Origin: Octopus sinensis
Lineage: Eukaryota
Direction of reading: 5' to 3'
DNA: 64,000 nucleotides
Assembly: GCF_006345805.1 (NCBI RefSeq)
Contig: NC_043000.1
Location: 58,094,001 to 58,158,000 of the forward strand
The notes beneath the pieces are model-generated. The model searched no databases. It was not told where the DNA came from and was given only the letters and a program-made list of their open reading frames with translations. Made by a program: the position numbers and the translations under genes. Numbering within the stretch: position 1 is the stretch's first letter; each line of letters opens with the position of its first letter. Below are positions 50,051 to 63,535 of this stretch, in pieces.

Positions 50051-50411
50051 TCTCTTGCACACAAAATCTGATGCCTGTTACATCCAGTTTTTCTCTTAAA
50101 TCGTTTACATTTTGTTGTATGTGCACACTGATATTACCCATCCAATGCTACATACCGGCTTCATTTCTTTCAAGCCTTCACAAGTCCTCTGTAGTCATAG
50201 CCCGTATTTCACTGCTATATCCCTTCACATTTTTTATCTCTCCATTTTTCTCCCTCTTTCTCCGTTTTTACTTTCTCGTTCCTTTCCATCGAAGAGCATA
50301 GGCTTAAAATGACAAGACTTTTCCATTCTTCCTGAACATCAAACTAATACACCTGCTTGTTCCCTTGGTTGTCTTCATCTTTTGTTTTCTGTAAATTTGG
50401 ACTGTGTATGT

Positions 50412-50465
<54 letters not shown>

Positions 50466-50774
50466 ATGTGTGTATGTTCATGTGTATGTGTGTGTGTATA
50501 TGTGTGTGTGTATGAGAAATTAAATAAATGAAAGAAATTAAATATATGACAAGGAAGAAGATTATTATCTAACAGCTGTTTCTGCTCTTAGATTACAGTA
50601 CACTTGTAGATGAGAACTTATGTATCACCTCATAATAGAAACAGGTGTAAGCTAATGAAGTTCATTACATAATTATTTGTTCTTTGTCATTTATTAAATT
50701 TCATATTATGCTCTATACTCGACTAATGCTTTTTTCCAAAGTATATACATATTGAGTTCTAATACTAAGTTGTG

Positions 50775-51185
50775 CAGGAGTGGCTGTGTAGTAAGTAGCT
50801 TGCTTACCAACCACATGGTTCCAGGTTCAGTCCCACCGTGTGGCTCTTTGGGCAAGTGTCTTCTACTTTAGCCTCGAGCCGACCAAAGCCTTGTGAGAGG
50901 ATTTGGCAGACAGAAACTGAAAGAAACCTGTCGTATATATTTATACATATATATGTATGTGTGTATATATGTTTGTGTGTCTCTGTTTGCCCCCCTGCCC
51001 CAACATCGTTTGACAACCAATGCTGGTGTGTTTATGTCCCCGTAACTTAGCGGTTCAGCAAAGAGACTGATAGAATAAGAACTAGGCTTACAAAGAATAA
51101 GTCCTGGAGTTGATTTGCTTGACTACAAGCGGTGCTCCAGCATGGCCACAGTCAAATGACTGAAACAAGTAAAAGAGTAAAAGAA
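50775..51185 (+). mobile_element. SINE family A, well-preserved copy
   Basis: Full head, (TA/TG)n and (AAAAGAGT)n tail. Confidence 0.9.
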
Positions 51186-51837
51186 TATTAGCTCTTTTAC
51201 CAAATTTCAACTCATAAATTATTTTATAAAAAACTGAAAGATGACTGAAATGTGAAGATGAAATGTGAAGATGAAGATGTTCTTGAGAAAATTATGTTCA
51301 AAAGATTGTATTATTATTATAATTATTAATTATTATGCAATAAAACTTATATGAAAAGAAAGCTTATGATACAATGAATATTCTAACAAAACGTATGCAA
51401 TTTTAACCAAGAAAGTTTATGGAAATTAAAAAATTGAAAAAAATTAATTTTTTAATGCATGGCGAGGTTATGTTGGGTCAAGGCATGCTTTTTTGATCCA
51501 ACATTTTGTTGGGTCAAGCACTAAATGTACTTGACCAATTTCAAATTTTACATGCATGTTAGTGTTAAAGGGAATGCAAGTGCATAAAATTTAGAAAATA
51601 ATTTTCCAAAAAGACACACCAACCATGCAGAAGCTACGTTTGAGTGATTCTACTAATATTTGTAATTGTCCTTTTAACCTTTTAGCATTCAGATTACCCT
51701 GTCAAATGTAATGTTTATTTATTCACACTATTTTGAATCAATTATGCGTTATCTTGTAGCTTTGGGATTTTGATGATATGATATATTTTTTAGAATGACA
51801 TTGTTGGATAATAATAATAGTAATAATAATAATAATA

Positions 51838-52394
51838 AAATGCCCTGATGCAGTACCAGGCAGTGGCTCTCATGGCTTCTGATCTTAACTGATTGGAAGT
51901 GTTATCATGTACATTGTTTTGTCTTGGTATAAAAGATGGGCTACAGCAAATATTCTGCTCAATACCACAGATTTGCTTGTCAGTTGTTTGACCTTAACCA
52001 GTTGAGCATGTCCCTTAGTGGCTGACGATATGTGCATTCTGATCACGAGCAGAAGTAGTGGGGGAGCATCATAGCCATGTGTTGAGAGGGATTCTTTGGG
52101 GTTTGAATAGTTCACCTCTGGAAACATGGGTGGTTCTTTCAACATCCTTAAACAACCCTTATTCAGGGACCGTTTGAGCAGGATGGGCTACTCAACCTGA
52201 AGAAAATTCTAACTGGGCCCCACCTGCAAGGTCATGTGCTGTTTATCTTGATATGAGATCACCATGTCGCGTACATATGGTTGTGATGCATGTGCCTGGT
52301 GTACCTTTATCAGACGGGTAGTCATGATGGGTATATTGGGCTTCGTATATTTTACCCCAGTGTCACTTTGATGGCATGAACTGCTCTCTCACTC
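51838..52394. mobile_element. ~557-bp non-coding interspersed element embedded in (TAA)n
   Basis: Relatively GC-rich, CpG-retaining island with (TAA)n at 51809-51837 and (AAT)n at 52395-52443. Confidence 0.55.
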
Positions 52395-52442
<48 letters not shown>

Positions 52443-52444
<2 letters not shown>

Positions 52445-52590
52445 AATTATTGTATACAGTGCTCAGGTGCAACACAACTTGTCAAAAGTGCATATAAAGC
52501 ATATGCAGTAATGTACAAATGTCTGGGAAGTGAACAGTGTATGAGTCAGATACATGCTTGCATGTGTATGGAGGGGAGATCTCATTGGTT
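52443..52590 (-). mobile_element. CR1-clade LINE 3' UTR, minus strand
   Basis: Reverse complement of about 40640-40790. Confidence 0.7.
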
Positions 52591-52654
52591 TGAATATAAA
52601 ACAAGTAGATATGGCCAGTTTAAATGATAATGGGTTAAAGGTTAATATTATTAT

Positions 52655-52880
52655 TCCATTCCAGGGCAGTGAGCTGGCAGAATTGTTAGCATGTGGGGCA
52701 AAATGCTTAGCAGCATCTTGTCTGTCTTTGTGTTCTGAGTTCAAATTCTGTCTGGGTCAACGTTACCTTTCATCCCTTTGGAGTCGATAAAATAAGTACC
52801 AGTTGAGTACTGGGATCAATGTAATTGACTTAGCTCCTTCCCTGAAATTGGTGGCCTTGTGCCAAAATTTGAAACCCATG
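52655..52880 (+). mobile_element. SINE family D (Meta-domain-like)
   Basis: GGCAGTGAGCTGGCAGAA head; CCTTTCATCCCTTTGGAGTCGATAAAATAAGTACCAG. Confidence 0.8.
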
Positions 52881-53149
52881 ATACTTCATTCTAGTATGTA
52901 AGGATTAAAATACTCATAAAATTATATATTTAGTAAAAAATGAGATATATACGAGTATGCTCATGATGTGACTAAATTTGGGTTTTTAGTGGGATGAATA
53001 TGTCTGCCTACAAAAGTAAGCTTACAAGATAATCAAGATCAGGGGTAAGATAAGAGCTGTGGTCAGTACAACAAATTCATTTGTTATCACACTTCTTACC
53101 TTTGACCTCTTTGTCATCATTGAAAATGTTTGCTCACCAACGTAAGTTA

Positions 53150-54686
53150 AATCAAAGAAAACAAAATATTTTTTAGCAAACTTGTTTAGGTTTGGAAATT
53201 TTTCCTGACTGGAACTGACTTAAATAGATTGAAAAGCCACTTTGCTTTGAAGATCAATGAGGTCACAGAAGGTTATCTGGAGCTTCATCAACAACGACAT
53301 GCAAATGGAGATGATACTAAAGATAATTCACTTTCTATCATTTTGAGATCATTGAATCTATGGTAAAATTTGGCATGAAGATCTATCAACTGGGAATTAT
53401 AATTGTTTATCTTTCTGTCACAAGCTAACTTGCTGTAAAGTTTTAAAATGCATAAGTTGCTTCTTGTCCATTTATCAGGAAAATACAGTTAAACATGTGA
53501 AGTTTCCTTTCCTTTGTAAGTTTGTATTAAATTCATTCAAATGCTTAAGTAAATCTACAACAAAATCTAATATCCTGCATTTGTCATACAGTTTCAGGAA
53601 GTTTCTAAATAGTTCAGTTTCATTTCTCAGATTCCAAATTCTGTTAAAAACTTGCCCTAAACTTAATCAGTATATATTTGTAGGGTATAGAGCATCAGAG
53701 AGTTCTGCCTGCTGTTCCACCAGACATTTCACAAACTGCCTGTGATATAAGCAAAATTTTCTAATACGATTCACAATATCTGTGAGTTTACGACATGATT
53801 AAGCTTTAAAACTTTTCTATAAAGAAATTCTTGATGCATTTTACAGTGCAACAAAATTATCTTCTGTTCAGTATTTTATTTCATTCACCTAATCCTGGAT
53901 ACTTTTCAGTAGCCCATTATTTTACTTGTAAGACTTAAAGATCCATCTGTTGTTGCATTTATCAGTTTTTTCCTCCATTTTAAACTCAACTTGTTTACAC
54001 ATTGTTCAATATGCTAATTCAAAAGAATTCATTATGCCACAGATGAAAATAAGTAATTCTGCCATATCTTTGACATCACAACTCTCATTAAACACCATCG
54101 ACAAGAATGCAAAATTCTGAACCTTATTTTTTAAATGTGACTGAATATTTCCTGAAAAATCTGTCTGACAATATGACAGTTTAAGTTTTTATACCCATCA
54201 ATTTTTTCTGGGTTTGCAATGGCAACAGACTCAATCACCCAATCTTTGATAAACTTTCCTCCTGAAAAAGGTTTATCATACTTACATGTTTTATCAGCAA
54301 TAATGTAGCTAATTTTAGTAATTTGGTCATGGTAATAAAAATTTTTCATAACATTTTTATGTTATGAAATTCATCATCTTTTCACTCTCCTGCATCAACT
54401 GAAAAATTTGCATATTCTTTTGCTTGTTTTGTATGAAAGGGATGCTTCAGACTGTAGTCTTCTAAAAATGGACTTCTTGTTGATGATAGGAGGCAAACCC
54501 ATATCTCCCATAAACAAGTCAGGTGCTTTGAGATCCACTCTTCCAAAAAATGTGTTATTTCATGTTCTCATGAATTTTATAAATTCTTATGATGTTCACA
54601 ATTACAATTCTTGTTGGTAGGACTAAAGTTTTTAAAATGGGTAGGGAAATTCGAAGGATTGCTTTGGTCCAATGTTAGAACACCTG
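53150..54686 (-). pseudogene. hAT (Buster/SPIN/GTF2IRD2-like) transposase relic
   Basis: KPFSGGKFIKDWVIESVAIANPEK resembles KPFSDGEFVKECM..CPEK; downstream decayed TTDG and HCI.HQE segments; possible terminus CAGGTGTTCTAAC at 54686. Confidence 0.7.
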
Positions 54687-57308
54687 CCATGTTTACAGGA
54701 GATGTGAGTTTGTGTCCCATGAACAACCCTTGATTTGTTTTCTATTCAAAAGAGTTTTTTTATCCAGTATTTACAGGTTATTATTTATAGCCTTATGTAT
54801 GTCAAGATCCGCTGTCCTTTTACAACAGTGGATCGTATTCTATTGTTTCATATTCTATTGAAGTTTATAAATCCTTATGGCATCAACAACATATAGAAAA
54901 TATTTTTAAATTACACCAACTTAGATTCCAGTGGTGCATTATTTTCATTATGGGTCTTTTATCCAAATCATTCTGTCAAACTTAACTTAGCATGAGTCCT
55001 CATGTCCAAGTTCTGAACCACAGTCTTTGTGTCTATGTTCTCCCCAGAAGATTCAAATCTCTGTCAATTTTATTTGAGCCACAGTCCTCATGGTCAAGTT
55101 CTCCCCAGCCATTTCAAACCTAAGTCAATTCTAGTTGAAACCATTCGGCAACTTCTACATTGAACTTCTATTGGAGCATACACAACAGAAACAACTGGCA
55201 TTTTTATTCACAATACCATATTTATTATGGTTGATGAAGCTGTAAGCTGCTTAAATGCACTTAAAGCATTTCCTGTCAGACTATTAGAAATTCCATTTTT
55301 GCTTCGTACCTCCCTTATTTGCACTATGGGTGAAGGTAGTAACATAATAAGCAACATCTCTCTTCTGGCTATAGTTTGTATGTTTTTACTATAGTTTGAT
55401 GCTGTAGTTTGTATGTTTTTTCACAACAATGATGATGATTATTAGGAAGAGAATTACATAATATTTATTGCTTTTGACTTGGCAGAAGCCAAGTGATTTT
55501 GTTATATCTATTTACATGGAAAGGAAGATTATTGTTGATTGTTTTGGTTCCAGTATGTTACTTGTACTTTACTTTTAATTGATCTGGAGTCACCTGATCT
55601 CACAACAATGAAATAGCATACTACAGTAAAAGGACAAAAAAAAAAGAAGAAAAACAAAACAGGAAGAAAACTATCAAATTTGGCATTTCTGTTATATTGA
55701 TCATTTTCAACCACCTTAGGATTATATATTATTAAACAAATATTTATCCAGGCAGATATTTTTTTATTTTATTCAGTAAAAAATCAATCCCAATAAATTT
55801 CTTTTAAGTCCCAAGCTGCTACTCCAAAAGTGGACTTAGTAAAACTGTTGTTGCATGTTCCAACTATAACACCCTTTCAGTCTCATGGGTGTTTACTGAA
55901 ATTATCTGCCATTCATGTGGTGGTAATCAAAGTTCCAATGTAGAGCAGGAATTGTCAACAATAAAATGCTGACAACCCCACATTCCCCACTACTTCTCCA
56001 CTTATCATCTATTCAACGGTATTGCTGAAAAATGGAGAAATGCAACAATTTTGTTTGAATATCTGTCATCTGTTTTATAAATTACATTATGGAAGACAAT
56101 TTACCAAAAATGATTGTTCTCTTGGGATTCATTCTCATACATTATGAATATTGTTTGCACAAATTTAATTTTTATTGGAAGATTTATCTACAACAATGTT
56201 TGTTCTTGTAGTTGTTGGTACTTTTTTTATGCATGATAATATTCTGCTGTAAGAAGAAATATTTGGGCCCATTCATTGCTGATGGTTCTTTTTTAATTTC
56301 TTTCTTTCATTTTTTTTTTTTTTGCTTTGTTTCGTTGCAAATTGTATTCTTGTCTGCATTGATGGAAATGGAACAAACACAATACAAGACTTGAAATGTC
56401 ATGTTAGCTGCGGACAGTTGAAAAATGAAATATCAGATAAAACCCCCCAAAGGAATATAACTAAATAGCAATGTGTTGAGGGAATCAAGTAGCAAGAATT
56501 TTATTGGTCCAAAATCATTTGGTGAAAGGATATCTAATATGTTGATTCACTTAATAAATCATCATGTTATTAAAAGTTGATTTCCTTCTTTTAATAACCA
56601 TGTAAAATAAATATTTTCTTTTCACAAGGCCATTTTTTAAAAAAAAAGGTATTTGATGAGCCTACAATTTAAAAAGTACCAATTAACCAAAACAAATGTT
56701 CGTATTGTATGTTGGTTAATGAAATATTAGTATACAGTAAGATAGTGAGTTGACAGAATCAGTAAAACATCAGCTTAGCATATCTGGTGGTATTTGTCCA
56801 GACTTCTAGTGCTTTATGCTCAAGTCCTGATAAGGTCAACATTACTTTCCATCCTTCTGGGGTTGATTAAAAAAAATTGGATTAATGAAATTGTTAGAGC
56901 CTTGTGGCATCTTTCTTGGCTCTCTGTATTCTAAAGAAAATGCCTTCGATAATATAAATGTGAAGCTGTATTGTCTCTGCTTTCCTCTTGGACAGAAATT
57001 GTTCAGATTCAGATACTCAGATTGTCTATGAAAAATGTAAAAAGCCATTGAGTACTCATTATCATATTTGAATACACACACACACACACACACAAATAAC
57101 ATATTTATGCATGTATGTATATATGGTAACAATAGTAATAATCCTTGGATGGAATTTATAAATATTTTAATGCATCACTATGCATGTTTCCTCAATTCAC
57201 ATATTTCTTAAGATCATAGTCCATATTCCTGTGATGATTACAGTACAGTCTATAGTATCCATGGACATCATGTAGATCACGTTCATGCATTCATATCTTT
57301 GAGCAATG

Positions 57309-57389
<81 letters not shown>

Positions 57390-57405
57390 GAGAGAGAGAT
57401 AAATA

Positions 57406-58064
57406 TATAAATATAGAGTGGTGGTACAACAATGCATCAATATTTGCTGGAAATAGCAGTTGATGATATACGACTCTATAGTAAAGCCTCACTGTATATA
57501 AACTGGCAAAGATGTGTGCAGGCGGTGAACATAAAATTTTTTATCTTATCTGTAGAAAGAACATTAGATAAATGTACAACCCAGATGTGGATAATCTAGA
57601 ACCTAGGTTTCAAACTCTTCAAAATACATTTGTTAACATAAATTTGATTAGTTCTCTTCAGCTAGATTCATCGAGACAAAATTTCAAATGTTGCTACAGC
57701 AGTGCCAGTATACTCGCCTGAACATCTAATTGTTAACAGAAGCAAGACCAGTGAAAAAGTTTACAAAGAAAATTTATTAAATGGTGCAATGCAATAGTAT
57801 TGCTTTCCAGTAAAATAAATCACCATAAGGTTAAAGTATAAATATAGAGTGGTACAGCAATGCACCAATATTAACTGGAAATAACAGTTGATAATATACG
57901 ACTCTATAGTAAAGCATCACTGTATATAAACTGGCAAAGATGTGTGCAGGTGGTGAACATAAAAAATTTCATCTTACCTGTAGGAAGAACATTAGATAAA
58001 CATACAACCCAGATGTGGATAATCTAGGACCTAGGCTTTGAACTCTTCAAAATACATTTGTTAA
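57406..58064 (-). mobile_element. Hammerhead-bearing partial-tandem element 3 (retrozyme/PLE-derived), ~428-431-bp unit
   Basis: Direct repeats of about 230 bp at 57406-57636 and 57837-58064; full hammerhead in copy 1 and its 3' half in copy 2; both ends lie in microsatellites. Confidence 0.85.
57593..57668 (-). ncRNA. Type I hammerhead ribozyme, intact core
   Basis: AAUCUAG-CUGAAGA-GAACU-AA-UCAAA(19 nt)UUUGA-AG-AGUUU-GAAA-CCUAGG-UU-CUAGAUU; 7-bp stem I, palindromic ACCUAGGU, predicted cleavage 57600/57599. Confidence 0.9.
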
Positions 58065-58087
58065 GTAAATACATACATGCACACATG

Positions 58088-58137
<50 letters not shown>

Positions 58138-58659
58138 CAAACACACACACATACTCACACACACATATACATGCATATGATGGCTGTCCATTCATGACTG
58201 AGGAAGATCATCACTGATTATTAAGAACATTGTGCACTCAGATAAAATTATAGTTTACACTTGTGGAGCTGCTGGTGACTTATAAGCCCAGCCTTTGATG
58301 AATATAGACACCCACAGATATTGCAGATCAAGTTTACCCCACTCACAATATTAGCAGTGCATTTTCAAGTAACTTACTTAAATTCTGCATGAAAACAATG
58401 CATGATTTTTTAAAAAACAACCAGTCTTTCTTTTACTTCTTTCCTCCATTAGTGGTAATAACGATGATTGGTTTCCCAATTGACTTTCCATATTCCACAT
58501 GGCTTCAATCACAACTTTATACAATTCTTAAATCATAGTCTTAATTTCTTCCGGGGGGGGGGGGCAGTGTCCACAAGCAAGTTCTGCACATAGCATCTAC
58601 TTAGTAATCCTCGGGTCATTCATCCAAACAAGGTGCCTAGTCCAAAGTAAACAGTGCTC

Positions 58660-59050
58660 ATGCACCATCCCTCAATGCTCAAGATTTTAACTTCCCTCAA
58701 TATTGGTAGTGGCATGGCAGGAACCATTCCTGTAGAGAATGGTGTCAAGCAAGATGACATCCTAACCCCAACTAATTTTTCCTTATTTTTGCTGCTGCTA
58801 CTCCAACTCATGTTTTTGCTGTAGATTGCATTTCTGGGATAAATATGAGGTACAAATCTCCTTGTTGTCTCCTCAACTTGCATTGATTTACTGCCAATTT
58901 GAGAGTTTTTCAATTTCTTATTTATGACTTTCTTTATGTGTGGATGACTGTGATTCAGTTGGTCATACAGTTGAAGATCTGCAGATTCTCATGGATCCTA
59001 TTTCTGCAACTGGCAAGGCATTTGGACTCCAAATTAGCCTGGACAAGACT
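58660..59050 (+). pseudogene. RTE (BovB-like) LINE reverse transcriptase relic
   Basis: IPVENGVKQDDILTPT...FLYVDDCDSVGHTVEDLQILMD...KAFGLQISLDKT matches RT motifs GVKQG and YADD. Confidence 0.85.
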
Positions 59051-59934
59051 TGTGTGTGATATACATACATGTGTGTGTGTGTATGTTTGTATGTATATAT
59101 ATATATATATATATGTGCATATATATATGTGTGTGTGCATATATATGCATATGCATATATATATGTATGTAAAATATGTACATATATATATATAGTGAGA
59201 GAGAGAGAGAGAGAGAGAGAGAGGGGAGAGAGAGAGAAAGAAAGACAGAAAGAAATAGGTATTGTGACATAGGAAGATAGGTGTAGGTATAGATATATAG
59301 AGAACAATGTTTTTATAAAGTGTAGTAAAATTGCAAATCAGTAACTGAGATATATACTAAAATAAATAGATGGATTAGACTTATCTCTTAGTTGAACCTA
59401 AGTTTCACATCAAATTACCAAGTCTTATCAGAGACATCATAAAAATATGAGCAAAATTTAGATGATAAATATATGGACTTTCATTTGGATGTATTGAAAG
59501 AAATTCATAGCAGGGGAAAACTGTCTGTGGATGAAAATGTTGTTCATTAGTTTTGCATCATCTGACACTGGAAGCTATTGAAATCATTTGATGTGAGAAA
59601 GCTAAAAACGCTTTCTATATCACATGATGTGGGAAGCTGCTGAAATAATCTCATTCATTCTTATATACGTATTTCAACATGCAGAATAGAGTTCAACATC
59701 AAATCCAAATGAAGACCAAATTCAAACTGTAATCTAGAAGAGGCATAAATATATATACATGTATCAAGAGATCAGCAAAGGCTTCTTGGAAGGCCTCCAC
59801 AATGATAGGAAGACAATCTAGTCAAGTGATTTGGGACAAAATGGAAAAGAATGGTGCAATCAAAAAAGAATTGGAAGTACATTGTATAACAACATCTGAA
59901 AGTCTGGTCACTACAGTGACACTGATATATATCA

Positions 59935-60270
59935 ATAAATACAGTTCTATATTTAAGAGATGAGGAATTATGTACATTATTTACAATTGATGGACATGTT
60001 TCGGCTGATATACCCTCCAGCCATCCATCAGATATCTTGGGGAAATTTCAAACCTGGGTTCTCATTCCTAAGGTATTTTTCGATGTTCTTGTTGTTATTA
60101 TTATTATTATTATTATTATTCAGGTCACTGCCTGGAATCGAACTCGGAATCTTGGGGTTAGTAGCCCTTGCCCATAACCACTATGCCATATGCCCGTGGA
60201 CAATTATGGAGTGAATTTTAGGGCTTATAAATCTAATATCCTCCTATGCTTCCTTAATACCAGTTCCCAT
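59935..60270 (-). mobile_element. Composite element: tRNA-like head, (AAT)n and hammerhead-like core
   Basis: tRNA-like 60194-60123 (GGCATAGTGGTTA A-box, GAGTTCGATTCC B-box), (AAT)n, then CUGAUGGAU-GGCUG(10 nt)CAGCC-GAAA-CAUG-UC at 60031-59993. Confidence 0.55.
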
Positions 60271-60364
60271 ATGCTGTTCATATCTGCACGTCTACATACA
60301 GACATAAACACACACACATATTCATGAACACAAATACATACACACACACATGCATAAATATATA

Positions 60365-60756
60365 TATCTCTTATCTTTTACTTGTTCCACTCATTGGACT
60401 GCAGCCATGCTGAGGCATCACCTTAAAGGTTTGGTTGAACAAATTGCCCCATTACTTACTTTTAAACTTTGTACTTATTTGATTCAATCTCTTTTTGTCA
60501 AACTGCTAATTTATGGGGATGTAAACAAACCAACAAGTGATGATAGGAGACAAAGTCACACACACACACCACACACTTAGATATATACATACATATATAT
60601 GATGAGTTCTTTCCACTTTTATCTACCAAATCCATTCACAAGGCTTTGGTTAGCTCAGTTCTATAGCAGAAGACACTTATCTAAGATACTGCATAGTGGA
60701 ACTGAACCCAAGAGTACATGGTTGGAAAGCAAGCTTCTTACCACACAGCCATGAAC
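60365..60756 (-). mobile_element. SINE family A, minus strand
   Basis: Reverse complement of the family A head and tail. Confidence 0.75.
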
Positions 60757-61660
60757 ATACATACATATATATAAAGAAAGAGAGAGAGAGAGAGAAAGAA
60801 AGAGACACACACACACATACAAAGACAGACACACAGATAGACAGACAGACAGGCAGATAGATATATGAGGAAATTCCTGCAGTTTCCATGTGTTAAATCC
60901 TCTCACAAAGCATTGGTCAGCCAAGGACTATAGTACAAGACACTTACCAAAGGATTTTTGCTGCACAGCAGGAATGTACATAAAACCACCACAAACCATA
61001 CCTGCATCTGTTCATGTATGAACATATATTATATAGTAAACACTATCACAAAGTAAAATAGAAGTGAACATAATGGTACAACATCATCATCATCATCATC
61101 ATCATCGTTTAATGTCCGCTTTCCATGCTAGCATGGGTTGGACGTTGTTTTAATCAGCTAACATGAATCTACCACAATGTAATTATTTCAGTTTCAACAC
61201 AATTGTAGATCAAATAAATGTCTTGCAAAACAAGTAAAACTCCTGCTTGCATCATTCTTTAAAACCTTTCAGTCGGCTGATGGTAATTGTTTATATTTTA
61301 CTTATAAAACATACATTCCCATACACCGGCCACCCTATAAAATTTACCTGTAGCTGCTTATAAGAACTACTTACCCTGCTACTAAAGGCTATTTAGTATC
61401 AATGATACAGACCACTTATATCAGTACTAAGGACTATTTACATTACAAATATAGACTATTTATATTAGTAAATAACACAAGTACTACTGCTAAAAAAAAT
61501 GTAATGTTTCAAATGTCAAATCACTTTTTATAGAAGACTATTTGGAATCTTTCTAGGTCTTGCTAGATCACTGTTTTAATTCCTTTCAGATATACATGAA
61601 ACCTAAACACACACACACACCACTCATACACACACATACACACACACACACACACACATT

Positions 61661-61696
<36 letters not shown>

Positions 61697-62185
61697 TATA
61701 AAAATATGAAAAAGTACGTATATGTCTGATTGTAACATTAACATCATCCATAAAAAGTGTTACATAAATGTAACCATAGATATATTTTGCAAAGAAAAAT
61801 ACATAGTTCTCAACAGATCTTTACAGCTGTTTCAAAAATTTGGCTATTTCAAAACTAATGTAAGAGTGTGTATTACACAAATAGGTGTGCATACTGGTGC
61901 AATAATACACATTGAACAAGTAGAAATTATCATCAATATGTACGCTTAATACATTAATATGATCAAGCTAGAAGCTTTGAAGTATTGAATATTATCTTCA
62001 AAAAGAGGAAGGGCAAAATGTAAAATTTTTAGCAGTAAAACAATATTTAAAAGCATAGAAATATCAATTAAAGGAAGGAGAAAGAAGTGTGGAGTATATA
62101 TGATGATGAGATAGAAAGAACAATGGTGAGATTAAGAGCAAGAACATACAACAAAAATTGAGGGTCAATGAGGGTAGGGTATGTA

Positions 62186-63456
62186 TAGAGGGGTTGGACA
62201 ATATAATGGAACCACCTAGCATCATAGCATCATAATTTTTAAATATCTATAAAACCATCAAAAGCTTGTTTATTTTTATGCTTTTTGATTTATTATTAGT
62301 GTTGCTTAATATATTTTGCTAAATTTGTTGTTTCTTTTCAGATATCATCAGGAAAAGGTAATTAAAATTCAATAAAATGACAGATCTATCGAACTTTCAA
62401 AGAGGTCGAATTGTTGGTGCTCATATGGCAGGCACTATTGTAATGAAAACAGCCGAAATATTTGGTGTATCAAGAAGTACTGTCTTGAAAGAAATGACAG
62501 CCTTTGAAAAAGAGGGAAAAACCTCCTTGTCGAAACAAAACTCTGGAAGAAAACCAAAACTTTCAGATAGGGACCATCAGATTCTTATACGAATTGTTAG
62601 AAAGGATTACAAATGTACAGCCCCCAAAATTACTGCAGAGCTTTATGATCACCTTGAGAACCCAGTTTCCACAAAAAACTGTTCACAAGGAGCTATACAA
62701 AGCAGGATTTCCCGGGAGGGCTGCAATCAGAAAACCACTACTTTCAAAAACAAACATTGCAAAGCATTTAGAGTAGAATAAAAACCTACAGAATTGGTCC
62801 CTAGAGCAGTGGAAGAAAGTTCTTTTCTTGGATGAGTCATCCATTACCTTATTTCCAACCACTGGCTGAGAATACATGTGGAGACAGCCAAAAGAAGCAT
62901 TTGACCTAGACTGCCTTCTTCCAACTGTTAAACATGGAGGAAAATCTGTGATGATCTGGAGATCTTGGAAATACACTGGCCCAATGGTTTCCCTTCATGG
63001 CAGAATTAATAGTCAAGACTATTTAAGCATTTTATCTGATCAAATTCATCTTATGCTCGCAAAATTGTGTCTGGAGGGAAACAAAAATTTTTCAGGATGA
63101 TAATGCTCCAATTCACATAGCTAAAGTTGCTACTGAATGGCACGAGGAACATTCTAGTGAAGTTGAACATCTTATCTGGCTACCACAGTCCTCAGATCTC
63201 AATATTATTGAACATTTATAGTGCATTTTAGGAAAACAAGTAAGGAGCCAATATCCTCAACCGTCATCACTACAAGAACTGGAAACTGTTTTAGCTGAAG
63301 AATGGACAAAAATTCCTTTGGAAACAATTCAAACTTTGTACGAGTCCATACTTCATAGAATTCAAGCAGTAATTACTGCCAAAGGTGGTCCTACCCCATA
63401 TTAAAATAAATTTGTTTGAAATTCTAAGGTGCTTCCATTATTTTGTCCAACCTCTG
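62186..63456 (+). mobile_element. Tc1 (DD34E) transposon, full length, transposase frameshifted
   Basis: TA TSDs at 62184-62185 and 63457-63458; ~30-bp TIRs (C/T)AGAGG..TTGGACAA.ATAATGGAA.CACCT. ATG at 62377 MTDLSNFQRGRIVG, WKKVLFLDES, DNAPIH, PQSSDLNIIEH, stop near 63403. Confidence 0.92.
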
Positions 63457-63487
63457 TATATATATATATATATGTATGTATATATAA

Positions 63488-63535
<48 letters not shown>

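Noticed and set aside
55594-55620. Minus-strand 27-nt micro-exon candidate after a long polypyrimidine tract
   Set aside because: Too short to identify and has no supporting neighbours.
60123-60194. Functional tRNA gene (ACT anticodon-like)
   Set aside because: The acceptor and D stems do not pair properly and it is followed by an (AAT)n tail; it is treated as a tRNA-derived repeat.
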